Source: a virus
Taxonomy: Duplodnaviria > Caudoviricetes
IMG/VR virus record: IMGVR_UViG_3300037467_001087
Coordinates: 1 to 46,122 of that record
Strand: one strand, 5' to 3'
DNA: 46,122 nucleotides
Position numbers and translations under genes: made by a program. Positions 1-8,385 of the stretch are shown piece by piece; the first letter of the stretch is position 1; every line of letters begins with the position of its first letter. The notes below the pieces were generated by a model. It did not search any database. It saw only the letters and a program-made list of their open reading frames with translations, and was not told the DNA's origin.

Positions 1-820
1 GCGGCTGAGCTTCGACCTGTGGAGCGTTCACGATGTTGCCCATCCGGTCCATGATGCCGGCTTTCATCAGCCGCGCCGTGTGGTTCGCTAGGCTGAGGAT
101 GATGAGCGGTCGCGGATCGTCGATCGCATTCAGCTCTTCGTCGCTGTAGCCGACTTCCCTCGCCAGGCCGTGCATCCCCGGCCACTGCTCGCTGAAATTC
201 GGAATATGCGCGTCGGCGAAGACGATCGCTTCGTCGATCCGGGCCGCGGTGACTTCGTCGTCAGCCTGTTGCAGCCGCTGGTCGGCGAGAGCGTCGAACA
301 GCTCAGCGACGGCGCCGTCAGGATCCGTGGCGAGCTTCTCGCGAAACTTCGCCTTCATCTCAGGGATGCTGGAATGAACCTGCTGGCGGGCCTCCTGCGC
401 CTGCCGCGCGCGTTCGGCGAGCGCGCCGACCCGTTCCCGCACCGCACGATTCTGCTGCTCGGCCCGGTTAGCCCGCTTGCTCTGCTGGACCGCGAGCCTC
501 GCGATTTCCTCAGGCGTCTTGTCCTTGTGCTTCTCGAGGAATTCGCGGAGCGCCTTCTCGTCGGCGTCGATTTCCTCCTGCGTCGGCGCGGTGTCGGCTG
601 GCGGTTGCTGGGCCGCAGGCTCGCCGGGCTTGGGCTCCTCCTCGGCGGGGGGCTGCTCCCCTTCCTTCGGCGGAATGGCGGACGGAGCTGCGGCCTCTTC
701 GACGGCGCGATCGACGCTGTTCTCTTCGTCGGTTTCGGCGTCCGGCGGGAGTGCCGTGTCGTTCTGGATCAGCGCCTCCTCTTCGGGGGTCAATTCGTCG
801 TCAAACGGTCCTTTGGGCAT
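1..820 (-). CDS. putative scaffolding protein (3' end runs off the window)
   Basis: ATG at 820 just after the portal stop. Read manually: MPKGPFDDELTPEEEALIQ..., an acidic Pro/Glu-rich N-terminus then helical segments, open to position 1. Position between portal and capsid. Confidence 0.7.
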   Translation of the reverse strand, partial: MPKGPFDDELTPEEEALIQNDTALPPDAETDEENSVDRAVEEAAAPSAIPPKEGEQPPAEEEPKPGEPAAQQPPADTAPTQEEIDADEKALREFLEKHKDKTPEEIARLAVQQSKRANRAEQQNRAVRERVGALAERARQAQEARQQVHSSIPEMKAKFREKLATDPDGAVAELFDALADQRLQQADDEVTAARIDEAIVFADAHIPNFSEQWPGMHGLAREVGYSDEELNAIDDPRPLIILSLANHTARLMKAGIMDRMGNIVNAPQVEAQP

Positions 821-832
821 GGGTACGGTCCT

Positions 833-2809
833 CTACTGTGGCGGCGGGGAGCCGGCGGGTGGTGGAAGTGGCGCAGCCGGTGCGACGGCGGGCATCCCTG
901 GTTGCCAGTCGGGCGGCGGAAGCAAGTTGTTGACGGTCAGCGACCACGAGATGAGGCGTTTCATTGCGTCGCGAATGTCAGGGTTCATCGGCAACAGGTC
1001 GACGAATTCGGGCGGGATCGGCACGCCCGCCTGCAGCATCTGCGGCAACGTTGTCTGCATGACGGTGAGCGTCTCGAGCCGGTCGTTGATCGAGGAATTC
1101 GTCTCTTCGACTTTAAGGTCGAAGCGGCCGTCGACCATCTGCTCGGTCGCGATGACCCAGCCGGCCTTGCCCTCGCCGATTACGCGGAGGCGGCGGCCGG
1201 GCTTGATGTACGTCTGCATGTAGCAGAGCAGCACCTTTCCGAATTCCAGCTTCGCCCGGCGGAAATTGTCGAAGAGCGGCGCCAGCACGGTCGTCGCCGC
1301 CTTCTTCCGCATCTCCATCACGACGCCGGCGTCGGGCGTGCGCTGCCCGGTCATCTCCGTGTTGATGCCGGTGATTTCGCGCAGCTGCTGTGGCCGCGAC
1401 ATGGCGAGCTCGACCAGGTGGCGCGGAACCGCCGGTGTGTCGATCTGCTCCGGCTTGCCGCGGGTCGCGTTGTATTCGAGCAGCTTGCCCGGCTGAGCGA
1501 GCTTCTGCTCCCATTCGTTCTTGTTGTGGTAGCTGCCCTTCGGGCCCATCCATGACGCGTGCGGCATCTGTTGGATTAGCTGGATGATCGCCGACTGTTC
1601 GACGTTGTGCTGACGCTGGATGTCCATCCCGGTCAGCAGCAGGCCGTACCAGCAGCGCTTTTTCTTGTCGTACATCGCGCCGAACCGGACGTACGGGTAG
1701 CGGCGCAGCTTCTTGATTTCGCAGCAGCGCTTTTCGATGAGCTGATCGCCGCAGAAGAACGCCTGGTAGAAGCGCCGGAGCGGCCGCTCCTTGCTCTGCA
1801 GCGGCGGCGGCATCGGCCCCGGGTCCATCGGTGCGACGCCGAGCGGCGTCTGGACCATCTGCGGGTTCATCTTCTGCCGCAGCCACGAAACCTGGGCGGT
1901 CTGACGATCGGCCTTCATCTGCTCGAATTCGTCGGGCATGACTTCGTCGAGCTCGCCGGTCTGCTCATTCAGCACGACGACGCCGGGCTCGATCTGCGTC
2001 CACCACGCTTCGACGATCATCCACTGCTTCTTGGCGCCGTCGAGGATCTTCGGCCCATCCGTGCCGCCGGGCGCGAGATAGATGTCCTTGTAGCCCTTGC
2101 CGTCGGTCTCGGTGCCGGGCTCCATCTCGAGCATCGTCGACTTGAGCTTGTCGATCGCCCCCGGCCAGCGACCTTCAATCTCGTCCTCGTCCTGCATCTG
2201 CGCGCGGAACATGTAGCGCGCGTCAGCTGCGGTCGGGTCGACGGACTGAGGGTCGACGTACATCTCGTCTTCGTCGACGAAGCACGCCTTGATGAGCCCG
2301 TCGGGATCCGCGAAGAAGTCGACGTCGGGAACAACCCAGCCCTCGCCGACCGACACGCCGGAGCGGAACTGAGCGGACAATTCGAACTCGCCGCCGCACT
2401 GGTCCATGACCCACTTGAGGAGGCGGTTCCAGCCGGCCGCGGCGTTATCGTCGCCTTCTTCCTCGCCGTAGAATTTGATGTCCTGCCGGTTCGTGCGCTC
2501 TTCGCCTTCGACTGCCGCGATCATCGTCTGCAGCAGGTTCAGCGTCAGCACCGTCCGCTTTTGCCCCGACATGCGGGTGCGATCGCCCTCTTCCCACTGG
2601 TCGTTGGCGAGCGCGGCCCATTCCGTCTCGCGCTCCTTGCGCCGCTTCGAGTGATGGTCGACGGCAATCTTGAGCCAGGACCGCAGCTTCGCGACCAGCC
2701 GATCGTCGGGCAGGTAATAGATCCCGACCGGCTTTTGTTCGGGCGACTGCGCGGAGTCGGCCTCCTGCGGGTTGGTGCCGAGGTCGGTCAGGTTCGGGTC
2801 GCTCGCCAT
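833..2809 (-). CDS. portal protein, P22-like
   Basis: 658 aa after terL, with P22-type portal motifs (DQW...R..LTLN...VEGEERTNRQDIK; YPYV...WYGL...DIQR..N; ITGINTEMTG). Confidence 0.9.
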   Translation of the reverse strand: MASDPNLTDLGTNPQEADSAQSPEQKPVGIYYLPDDRLVAKLRSWLKIAVDHHSKRRKERETEWAALANDQWEEGDRTRMSGQKRTVLTLNLLQTMIAAVEGEERTNRQDIKFYGEEEGDDNAAAGWNRLLKWVMDQCGGEFELSAQFRSGVSVGEGWVVPDVDFFADPDGLIKACFVDEDEMYVDPQSVDPTAADARYMFRAQMQDEDEIEGRWPGAIDKLKSTMLEMEPGTETDGKGYKDIYLAPGGTDGPKILDGAKKQWMIVEAWWTQIEPGVVVLNEQTGELDEVMPDEFEQMKADRQTAQVSWLRQKMNPQMVQTPLGVAPMDPGPMPPPLQSKERPLRRFYQAFFCGDQLIEKRCCEIKKLRRYPYVRFGAMYDKKKRCWYGLLLTGMDIQRQHNVEQSAIIQLIQQMPHASWMGPKGSYHNKNEWEQKLAQPGKLLEYNATRGKPEQIDTPAVPRHLVELAMSRPQQLREITGINTEMTGQRTPDAGVVMEMRKKAATTVLAPLFDNFRRAKLEFGKVLLCYMQTYIKPGRRLRVIGEGKAGWVIATEQMVDGRFDLKVEETNSSINDRLETLTVMQTTLPQMLQAGVPIPPEFVDLLPMNPDIRDAMKRLISWSLTVNNLLPPPDWQPGMPAVAPAAPLPPPAGSPPPQ

Positions 2810-2810
2810 G

Positions 2811-4271
2811 TCAGAAGCTCATCCATGTCTGACCGGAGGGGACCGGTTGGTTGCCGGGAGCCCAGGCATCGTCGCGCTGGGCCTTGCGGTCGGGGAGCAG
2901 GTCGAAGGGAACGGCGAACGTCAGGGCAAGAGCGTCACCAAGATCAGGTGAGCGTACCCCACGGCGGCGCATCTCGTCCTTCGTCTCGAGGCGCAGCTTG
3001 CCGTTCGCATTAGGTTTGCGCTTGATGACCACAAGATCATCCAGCAGGTCAGGCATGTTCGGTAGCTCAACATTGCCCTCGAGCCATGTTCGCAGCTCCC
3101 CCCACATTTCGCAGCGCAGGTTGGTATAGAGCTCGCGGCCGCCCTCACTCGGGGAGCCTCCCGTGTTCACGCCCCACACCTGTTCGGCGAAGCCCATGTC
3201 CTCGAGCGTCTCGACGACGCCGACGCCCATGCCGAGCTCTTCGATGATGACCTGGGCCTTCAGGTCATGCTCTTCGCGGTACAGCCGAATTTCGTTCGCG
3301 ATCCGCTGGGCGAAATCCATCGTCCGCTCGCCGGTGAAAACCTGCACGTTCGGCAGCACCTTGCGCCCGCGGCGCGGCAGCATGACCGAACGATCGCCGC
3401 GGCCGACGTCGCAGCCCAAGATCAGCGGCCAGCGGTGGAACGTTTCTACCCGGCGATCCATCGCCTTGAGGACGAACTCTCGCGAGATGAACTGCTGCGC
3501 ATCGGTCCGCGGCGGGAGCCCGAGTACGCGGACGCGATACTCGTCGCTGTCCTCGCCGTGCTGGATCTTCATGTCCTCGACCCATTGCGGGTCGACGAAC
3601 GGCGAAGCGGTCGAGGGGATGACGAACGAATTCCACATGCCGCGCTGCAGGTCGCCCGGCTTGCGGGCTTTGAACTTGCCGTGCACCGCGTCGTAGAAAT
3701 ATCCTTCGTTCGACGTGCTGTTGCCGAGCAAGAGCCAGCGTGCGCCTGGCGTAGTCATCGCGCCGGCGAATACGTTGAAGATCGACCGGGCTATTTCGGA
3801 CGCTTCGTCGAAGATGCCGAGAACATGCTGTTCGTGGGTCCCGGCGAACGCCGACGGGTTGTCCTCGGACCACGCGAGAGCGACTGCTTGAGCCGTCGGG
3901 TCGTTGAACATCGTGAAGGTCGACTGCTTCCACTCGAACCACTCGCCGTTCTTCGCCTGCTGATTGACCTTGGCGAGCTCGCGCCAGAGCTTGGTCCGAA
4001 GCTGCGGCTCCGTGTTCGCGGTCGCGACGATCGCAGGGTGCGGCCGGGTCGATATGAACCAGTGGATCGCGTCGGCGCCGAGCGCCGTCTTGCCGATGCC
4101 GTGACCAGTGCCGGCGGCCGTCCGCTTGTTTTCGACGATTGATCGCTCGAGCTCGACGGTCGACGGGTTCGGCTTTCGCCCAAGAATGTCCTGGCGATAG
4201 CCGGTCAGATCATCGCGGTACGTCTCAGCGACGTAGCGGATAAAATCAGGCGAGCAGGCTGGGCTGCTCAC
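2811..4271 (-). CDS. terL: terminase large subunit
   Basis: Walker A GHGIGKT, Walker B IFDEASEI, motif C GNS, nuclease LGCDVGRGD and C-terminal SPDLGDALAL. Confidence 0.95.
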   Translation of the reverse strand: MSSPACSPDFIRYVAETYRDDLTGYRQDILGRKPNPSTVELERSIVENKRTAAGTGHGIGKTALGADAIHWFISTRPHPAIVATANTEPQLRTKLWRELAKVNQQAKNGEWFEWKQSTFTMFNDPTAQAVALAWSEDNPSAFAGTHEQHVLGIFDEASEIARSIFNVFAGAMTTPGARWLLLGNSTSNEGYFYDAVHGKFKARKPGDLQRGMWNSFVIPSTASPFVDPQWVEDMKIQHGEDSDEYRVRVLGLPPRTDAQQFISREFVLKAMDRRVETFHRWPLILGCDVGRGDRSVMLPRRGRKVLPNVQVFTGERTMDFAQRIANEIRLYREEHDLKAQVIIEELGMGVGVVETLEDMGFAEQVWGVNTGGSPSEGGRELYTNLRCEMWGELRTWLEGNVELPNMPDLLDDLVVIKRKPNANGKLRLETKDEMRRRGVRSPDLGDALALTFAVPFDLLPDRKAQRDDAWAPGNQPVPSGQTWMSF

Positions 4272-4332
4272 GCCGGCAATCCCCTCCCCATCGAGCCCCC
4301 GCCTTGCGTTTCGTGGGCGCGTAATTCGCCCG

Positions 4333-4554
4333 TCAGGGTCTAAAAAATACCCGTTCTGCAGAAAATGACAATGCCCGCTTTAGGCCGGCCTCGTCGCGAT
4401 AGCTTTGATGGGCCCACGCGACGACCTGTTCGCCCTTCATCAGCCGCACGCCGACGAACCGAACCCCAGGCCACGACGGACCGAATTCGCCGTCGAAAGT
4501 CTCGAGCGCGAGCCCATTCGACGCGGCTCGAGCTTCGGCCGCGTCGAGCGTCAC
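4333..4554 (-). CDS. hypothetical protein
   Basis: 73 aa; GTGA overlap with the upstream gene in the packaging operon. Confidence 0.6.
   Translation of the reverse strand: MTLDAAEARAASNGLALETFDGEFGPSWPGVRFVGVRLMKGEQVVAWAHQSYRDEAGLKRALSFSAERVFFRP
4336..4352. promoter_or_regulatory. putative repressor operator upstream of terL
   Basis: GGGTC-TAAAAAA-TACCC matches the GGGTA-N7-TACCC palindrome found at the cI/cro switch. Confidence 0.65.
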
Positions 4555-4763
4555 TTCGCGCGCAGCCCTTTCGACGGGGTCTTCTTCACGCCCGCGGTCG
4601 ACCGCGCGTCAACGTCGTCGATCTTGTCCTCGAGCGCGCGCAGCCGTTTCCGCGTTCCCTGAAACAGGTCGTCCACGTCCTGCCGCAGCGACACGTGCCT
4701 GCGATGCGCATGCCAAGCCAACGCCACCAACCCGAGCGCGAGCAATCCGATCAGCCAAACCAT
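4551..4763 (-). CDS. small membrane protein
   Basis: N-terminal hydrophobic helix then a coiled coil; coupled to the terS stop. Confidence 0.65.
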   Translation of the reverse strand: MVWLIGLLALGLVALAWHAHRRHVSLRQDVDDLFQGTRKRLRALEDKIDDVDARSTAGVKKTPSKGLRAK

Positions 4764-5548
4764 CAGTCCTCTCCCTCTGCTTTCTTGAAAGCCTCGAACC
4801 CGTCAGCAACAGACTGCTCACGGCCCATCATCGCCCGGCAGTCAGCACACTCGCAGAACCCGTCACCGCTCGGCCACGAAACACGTGAAATCGGTGAGTT
4901 TGCGGAGGAGGGGGGAGGTAGTGGGCACCCGCCGCCGACGGGACCCTGAAGCTGATCCCCCCCGGGGGTATCTGCCGGCGCGGGCAAAGCCGCAGCCTCG
5001 ATGTCGGCCAGATCGCGTTGCAACGTGTCCGGCATTGCGGGCGGTATGTCGGACAATCGGCGTGCTTTGGCTTCCCATACCTCACCGATCAGCTGTTGCG
5101 CTTGCTGCCCATTGACGGCGACACCAACGTTGACCTGGACGCCGCCTTTAGGCGCAGCCATGCCACCGTGTTCTAGCAGTGAAGTCGCTGCTTTTATTCG
5201 ATCTTTCCGCAATGCGTCTTTGTCGCTGGCAATCTCGATCAGCGCACGGATCGCGACGGGAAGAGCGGTCTGAATGAGGCGTTCGCAGCTCGCGATGATG
5301 TAGTCGGCGACTCGCTTCCGACAGAGCAATCGGCACGCCTGGACGCTCGCGGAGGCTTCAGGATAGCCAGCTGCAATGGCCGCTTCGGTCGCCTTTGCGC
5401 CGTTCGCCATGAACACGTCGCAGAAAATTCGTTCGGGTGCCGAGAGCTTGGACGCGGCGCTAACACTGCCCTCGTCTTCCGCGACCTCTTCGACCGTCGC
5501 AATGGCATGCGCTACGTTCACCGGCGCGGGTATCTCATCGACCCACAC
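4763..5548 (-). CDS. terS: terminase small subunit
   Basis: LSAPERIFCD...ATEAAIAAGY...ASVQACRLL HTH typical of TerS; lies upstream of terL. Start uncertain (GTG 5548 or 5521). Confidence 0.85.
   Translation of the reverse strand: MWVDEIPAPVNVAHAIATVEEVAEDEGSVSAASKLSAPERIFCDVFMANGAKATEAAIAAGYPEASASVQACRLLCRKRVADYIIASCERLIQTALPVAIRALIEIASDKDALRKDRIKAATSLLEHGGMAAPKGGVQVNVGVAVNGQQAQQLIGEVWEAKARRLSDIPPAMPDTLQRDLADIEAAALPAPADTPGGDQLQGPVGGGCPLPPPSSANSPISRVSWPSGDGFCECADCRAMMGREQSVADGFEAFKKAEGED
5528..5544. promoter_or_regulatory. possible operator at the start of terS
   Basis: GGGTA-TCTCATC-GACCC, one mismatch from consensus, with a less AT-rich spacer than the other sites. Confidence 0.4.
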
Positions 5549-5559
5549 GCGCGGTCAAG

Positions 5560-5812
5560 TTTGTAACCGTGTAACCGATGTAACCCGTATTTCTGAAACT
5601 TTTTCTAAAAACTTCGGGTGTTGGAGGGTAGCAACACAGTTAACAGGATATTAAAGCTGCTATACGGGCGCGGGCGTAAGATACGGTTACACGGTAACAT
5701 GCTCAGTAATATCATATGCTTAACCCCTAAAATACGCTCGGTTACACTCAGTTACATTGGTAACAAATAGAGCAAGATCAGAGGGTTAGTCGAAATTGGC
5801 TTCGGTAACTCA
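5560..5812. repeat. AT-rich intergenic region with GTAAC/GTTAC repeats, putative replication origin
   Basis: TGTAACC at 5562, 5570, 5579; inverted GGTTACA at 5685, 5740 and AGTTACA at 5750; GGTAACA at 5693, 5759. Most AT-rich extended tract seen in the window. Confidence 0.6.
5639..5654 (-). promoter_or_regulatory. CtrA-type binding box
   Basis: Minus strand reads TTAA-TATCCTG-TTAAC, the full TTAA-N7-TTAAC consensus. Confidence 0.6.
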
Positions 5813-5834
5813 AAATGGCAGAAAACTGCGAAAT

Positions 5835-5862
5835 TTGACTGTGATGGGTATATAATGTACCC
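5835..5862 (+). promoter_or_regulatory. early promoter with overlapping operator
   Basis: TTGACT (5835) then GGGTA-TATAATG-TACCC (5846-5862); same geometry as the promoters at 14752 and 14029. Confidence 0.8.
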
Positions 5863-5910
5863 GCAAGCCAGCGGGACGGATTGTCTCGCGACACAGCCAA
5901 GGAGAATGAA

Positions 5911-6270
5911 ATGCTCACGCCAGAACCGATTATCTACGTGCCCGGATCGCTCGCCGACGGAATGGGCGCGATCCATTTGGACGAGCTGGCGCAGCGCGCC
6001 GCGTCGCTTTCGCGGCAGTCGGTCACCGTCCTGACATACGGCCCGAGCAAGCACCACAGCTTCCGCCGCTTCCGCAGCGACCATCTTCCGCTGATGATCA
6101 CCGACAACAAGGTTGAGGAGGCGATCCGCCGCCTTCAGCTGATCCGCGCCGAGACGAACAAGACCAGGCGCGAGAACACCATTGACGCCCTGATCGCACT
6201 GCTGCGCCAGCCAGAAGCCGAGCCGCAGGTCGATATTGGCGAGGTCACCAAAGACGAGGAATGGGCATGA
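5911..6270 (+). CDS. hypothetical early protein
   Basis: AAGGAG RBS before ATG 5911; first gene after the promoter. Confidence 0.75.
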   Translation: MLTPEPIIYVPGSLADGMGAIHLDELAQRAASLSRQSVTVLTYGPSKHHSFRRFRSDHLPLMITDNKVEEAIRRLQLIRAETNKTRRENTIDALIALLRQPEAEPQVDIGEVTKDEEWA

Positions 6271-6404
6271 TGCGCCCCGATCCGCGCAGCTTCGGCCGCA
6301 AGTTACCCGCCGAGCCCGCGAGCAGCGACGGTGCGGCATTCGTGATCCTTGCGCTGCTGGTCGCGGCATATTTCGCCGGTCAGCTCGCGCGCCTGATTTT
6401 CTGA
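6267..6404 (+). CDS. small membrane protein (45 aa, not in ORF track)
   Basis: ATGA overlap; MMRPDPRSFGRKLPAEPASSDGAAFVILALLVAAYFAGQLARLIF has one transmembrane helix. Confidence 0.6.
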   Translation: MMRPDPRSFGRKLPAEPASSDGAAFVILALLVAAYFAGQLARLIF

Positions 6405-6475
6405 CGCGATCTGGCGGGCCGGTGCGATCAGCCCGCCTAACCGCGGCAGTCGCGGACAACGAAGGAGTAATCTCG

Positions 6476-6676
6476 ATGCACACGTTGAAGAACTGGCGCG
6501 CGAAACGCGCAGGGGGCCGGATCACGGTCTATGGCACGAACGCCGAAACAGGTCAGGCCGACAAAGTCGTCGGCGTGGATGTGATTGAACCTCACAAGTT
6601 CAAGCAGGGCATTTTCACAATCGAGGCCGCGCTCGCGACCGACAAGAACGGCGAAAAGCACCTGCTGCGAGCCTGA
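6476..6676 (+). CDS. hypothetical early protein
   Basis: GAAGGAG RBS; MHTLKNWRAKRAGGRITVYG... Confidence 0.7.
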   Translation: MHTLKNWRAKRAGGRITVYGTNAETGQADKVVGVDVIEPHKFKQGIFTIEAALATDKNGEKHLLRA

Positions 6677-6746
6677 TCCGACCTAGCGCGGTGGTCAGAG
6701 CGCCGCGCTCAGCCGCATCAGCGGACCACAGCCAAGGAGTAAGAAC

Positions 6747-7082
6747 GTGAAGACATTAGAGGATCGGGGCGCGTATTTGGGCGCGCTCCTCATGCAACGA
6801 GAACGGCGCGAAGTGCCTAGCGTCGTCGCTCGCGACGTTGCCGAGCTTCGCAAGGCCGCGAAGTCGCTCGAAAATCTGGCCGTGAACGACTGCAATTACG
6901 GCTTGTCGCCACGACAGGAAACGCGCCGCGCCAATCTGGCGAAGCAGGTTCAGGAGATAGCCGAGCGCTACCACCTTGCAGCCGAGACGAGCGGCGATCC
7001 GCGCGGCTGCGTGGTCAAGCTGTTCGACCCAGGCGACGAACGCCTAGGCGACGGCTTCGGCGGCGGCTGGCCGGTTTATTGA
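6747..7082 (+). CDS. hypothetical early protein
   Basis: AAGGAG RBS, GTG start, 111 aa with a GDPRG motif. Confidence 0.75.
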   Translation: MKTLEDRGAYLGALLMQRERREVPSVVARDVAELRKAAKSLENLAVNDCNYGLSPRQETRRANLAKQVQEIAERYHLAAETSGDPRGCVVKLFDPGDERLGDGFGGGWPVY

Positions 7083-7095
7083 GGGAGGGCGGATC

Positions 7096-7299
7096 ATGGC
7101 GAAATTCACACTCGAAATCGACTGCGACAACGCCGCCTTCGGTGAGAGCGAAGCGGACGTTGCGAGCGAGCTAGGGCGCATCCTCTACCAACTCGCGCTG
7201 CGCTTCACAGACGGCAGCGACGGGCCGGAGATTAGGCACAATGGAAGGCCCATGGACGCCAACGGCAACAGCGTCGGCAGCTGGACCTATAGCGGCTGA
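7096..7299 (+). CDS. hypothetical early protein
   Basis: GGAGG RBS; FTLEIDCDNAAF...D.NGN.VG.W pattern typical of small phage early proteins. Confidence 0.75.
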   Translation: MAKFTLEIDCDNAAFGESEADVASELGRILYQLALRFTDGSDGPEIRHNGRPMDANGNSVGSWTYSG

Positions 7300-7374
7300 C
7301 TGCAACCCACGCGGGCCGGTCAGAGCGACCCGCGCAAGATGCAGCCAGCATCACCACAGCCAAGGAGAACGAAC

Positions 7375-7569
7375 GTGGCGAAATTTGAATTCGCAGTGAA
7401 CACCGAGCGGTCATTCTACGAGGTCGAGGCCGAGAACGAAGAGCAAGCCCGAAAGCTGCTCTACGACAACCCGGAGGAATATTACACAGGCTGTCATCAC
7501 GACACCATCGACGACGAGAACAGCTACGAGCTCGTCGACGTGATGGACGAAGAGGCCGCCGCAGCATGA
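7375..7569 (+). CDS. acidic hypothetical early protein
   Basis: AAGGAG RBS, GTG start; YEVEAENEEQA motif, very acidic. Confidence 0.7.
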   Translation: MAKFEFAVNTERSFYEVEAENEEQARKLLYDNPEEYYTGCHHDTIDDENSYELVDVMDEEAAAA

Positions 7570-7721
7570 CCCGCACGGACCAGGCACCGCGCGACCGTGA
7601 CCGCGATCGCGCATGGTGCGAGCTGCGGACGAAATGCCCGCTGCGATCGAAGGGCAAGCCCGTCGAAGATCCGGCGCACCTGCCGCTGTTCGTCGCGGCG
7701 GACGAGCCGAAGCTGATATGA
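7566..7721 (+). CDS. hypothetical protein (51 aa, not in ORF track)
   Basis: ATGA overlaps at both ends; ends ...PAHLPLFVAADEPKLI. Confidence 0.6.
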   Translation: MTRTDQAPRDRDRDRAWCELRTKCPLRSKGKPVEDPAHLPLFVAADEPKLI

Positions 7722-7954
7722 CCAGGTCGAACCGACGCGAGGTCCGCAATCCGATCCTGGCGCTACCGAGTGCCAAGCGGATCGAGGAACTGTCACCGCT
7801 CAACCGCGCCGCCTTGCGTGGCGTCCTGCTCGACATTGCGCAGGATGCTCGCGAGCGCGCGAACGAGTGCTGGCGGAAGCACAAGGCACCAATGGCCGCG
7901 TACTGGAAGGCGGTCAGCGTTTATGCAGGGCACATCGCAAAGGTGCTAAGGTGA
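7718..7954 (+). CDS. hypothetical protein
   Basis: ATGA-coupled; MTRSNRREVRNPILALP...WRKHKAPMAAYWKA. Confidence 0.7.
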   Translation: MTRSNRREVRNPILALPSAKRIEELSPLNRAALRGVLLDIAQDARERANECWRKHKAPMAAYWKAVSVYAGHIAKVLR

Positions 7955-8084
7955 AGCCGCCGTTCACCATAACAGTAATCGACAGACGCACGGACCAGCG
8001 AGCCACAGCGAGCTTGCGCCTATCTACTAACCTTCGACAACATGCTCGGGCTCGGAAAGAGTGGACATGAAGGGGAGTGCGTAG

Positions 8085-8270
8085 ATGCTTCGGGTTTTGG
8101 ATTTTCTCAACGCAAAAGAGCTGGGCCAGGTCGCTGGCGCTGTGGTGTTGGCGGTCGGCATGACGCCGAACGTTAAGGTCACGGTGCCAAAGCCAGCCGA
8201 CGGATGCAGTTGGAAGGAGTGCTACGAACGAGGATTGGAGCGGCTATCGCACCCCGACGATTTGATGTAG
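8085..8270 (+). CDS. hypothetical protein
   Basis: GGGGAG RBS; 61 aa; last gene of the operon. Confidence 0.5.
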   Translation: MLRVLDFLNAKELGQVAGAVVLAVGMTPNVKVTVPKPADGCSWKECYERGLERLSHPDDLM

Positions 8271-8345
8271 AGGACAGCCACAGCATGACTTCTCGCTTGG
8301 CTGTGAGAAGGGAACCCCGTCGGAGCGATTCGGCGGGGTTCTTTC
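8271..8345 (+). ncRNA. candidate antisense sRNA (seed hairpin plus terminator)
   Basis: Stem CTTCTC/GAGAAG with loop GCTTGGCTGT, complementary to the repeated CACAGCCAAGGAGAA RBS motif; followed by a terminator hairpin. Confidence 0.55.
8312..8345 (+). terminator. intrinsic terminator between convergent operons
   Basis: 13-bp stem GAACCCCGTCGGA/TTCGGCGGGGTTC (G-U pairs favour the + strand), GCGA tetraloop, short T run. Confidence 0.75.
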
Positions 8346-8385
8346 ATGCTCGAATGCGCGAATGATTATTGCACGGACCAGGCAG

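Noticed and set aside
170-3013. Long + strand ORFs (170-1555, 1607-3013) and similar ones at 8656-10674, 34391-37120, 40662-41981, 44296-45822
   Set aside because: Antisense shadows of well-supported minus-strand genes in high-GC DNA; no recognisable motifs.
3435-3451. Operator-like GTGGA-N7-TACCC inside terL
   Set aside because: Two mismatches in one half-site and an unremarkable spacer; likely chance.
4877-4892. Second parS (CGAAACACGTGAAATC) in terS
   Set aside because: Only about 10/16 match; one half-site is missing.
6411-7370. CRISPR-like array
   Set aside because: The repeats are degenerate and separated by whole ORFs of uneven length; no cas genes.
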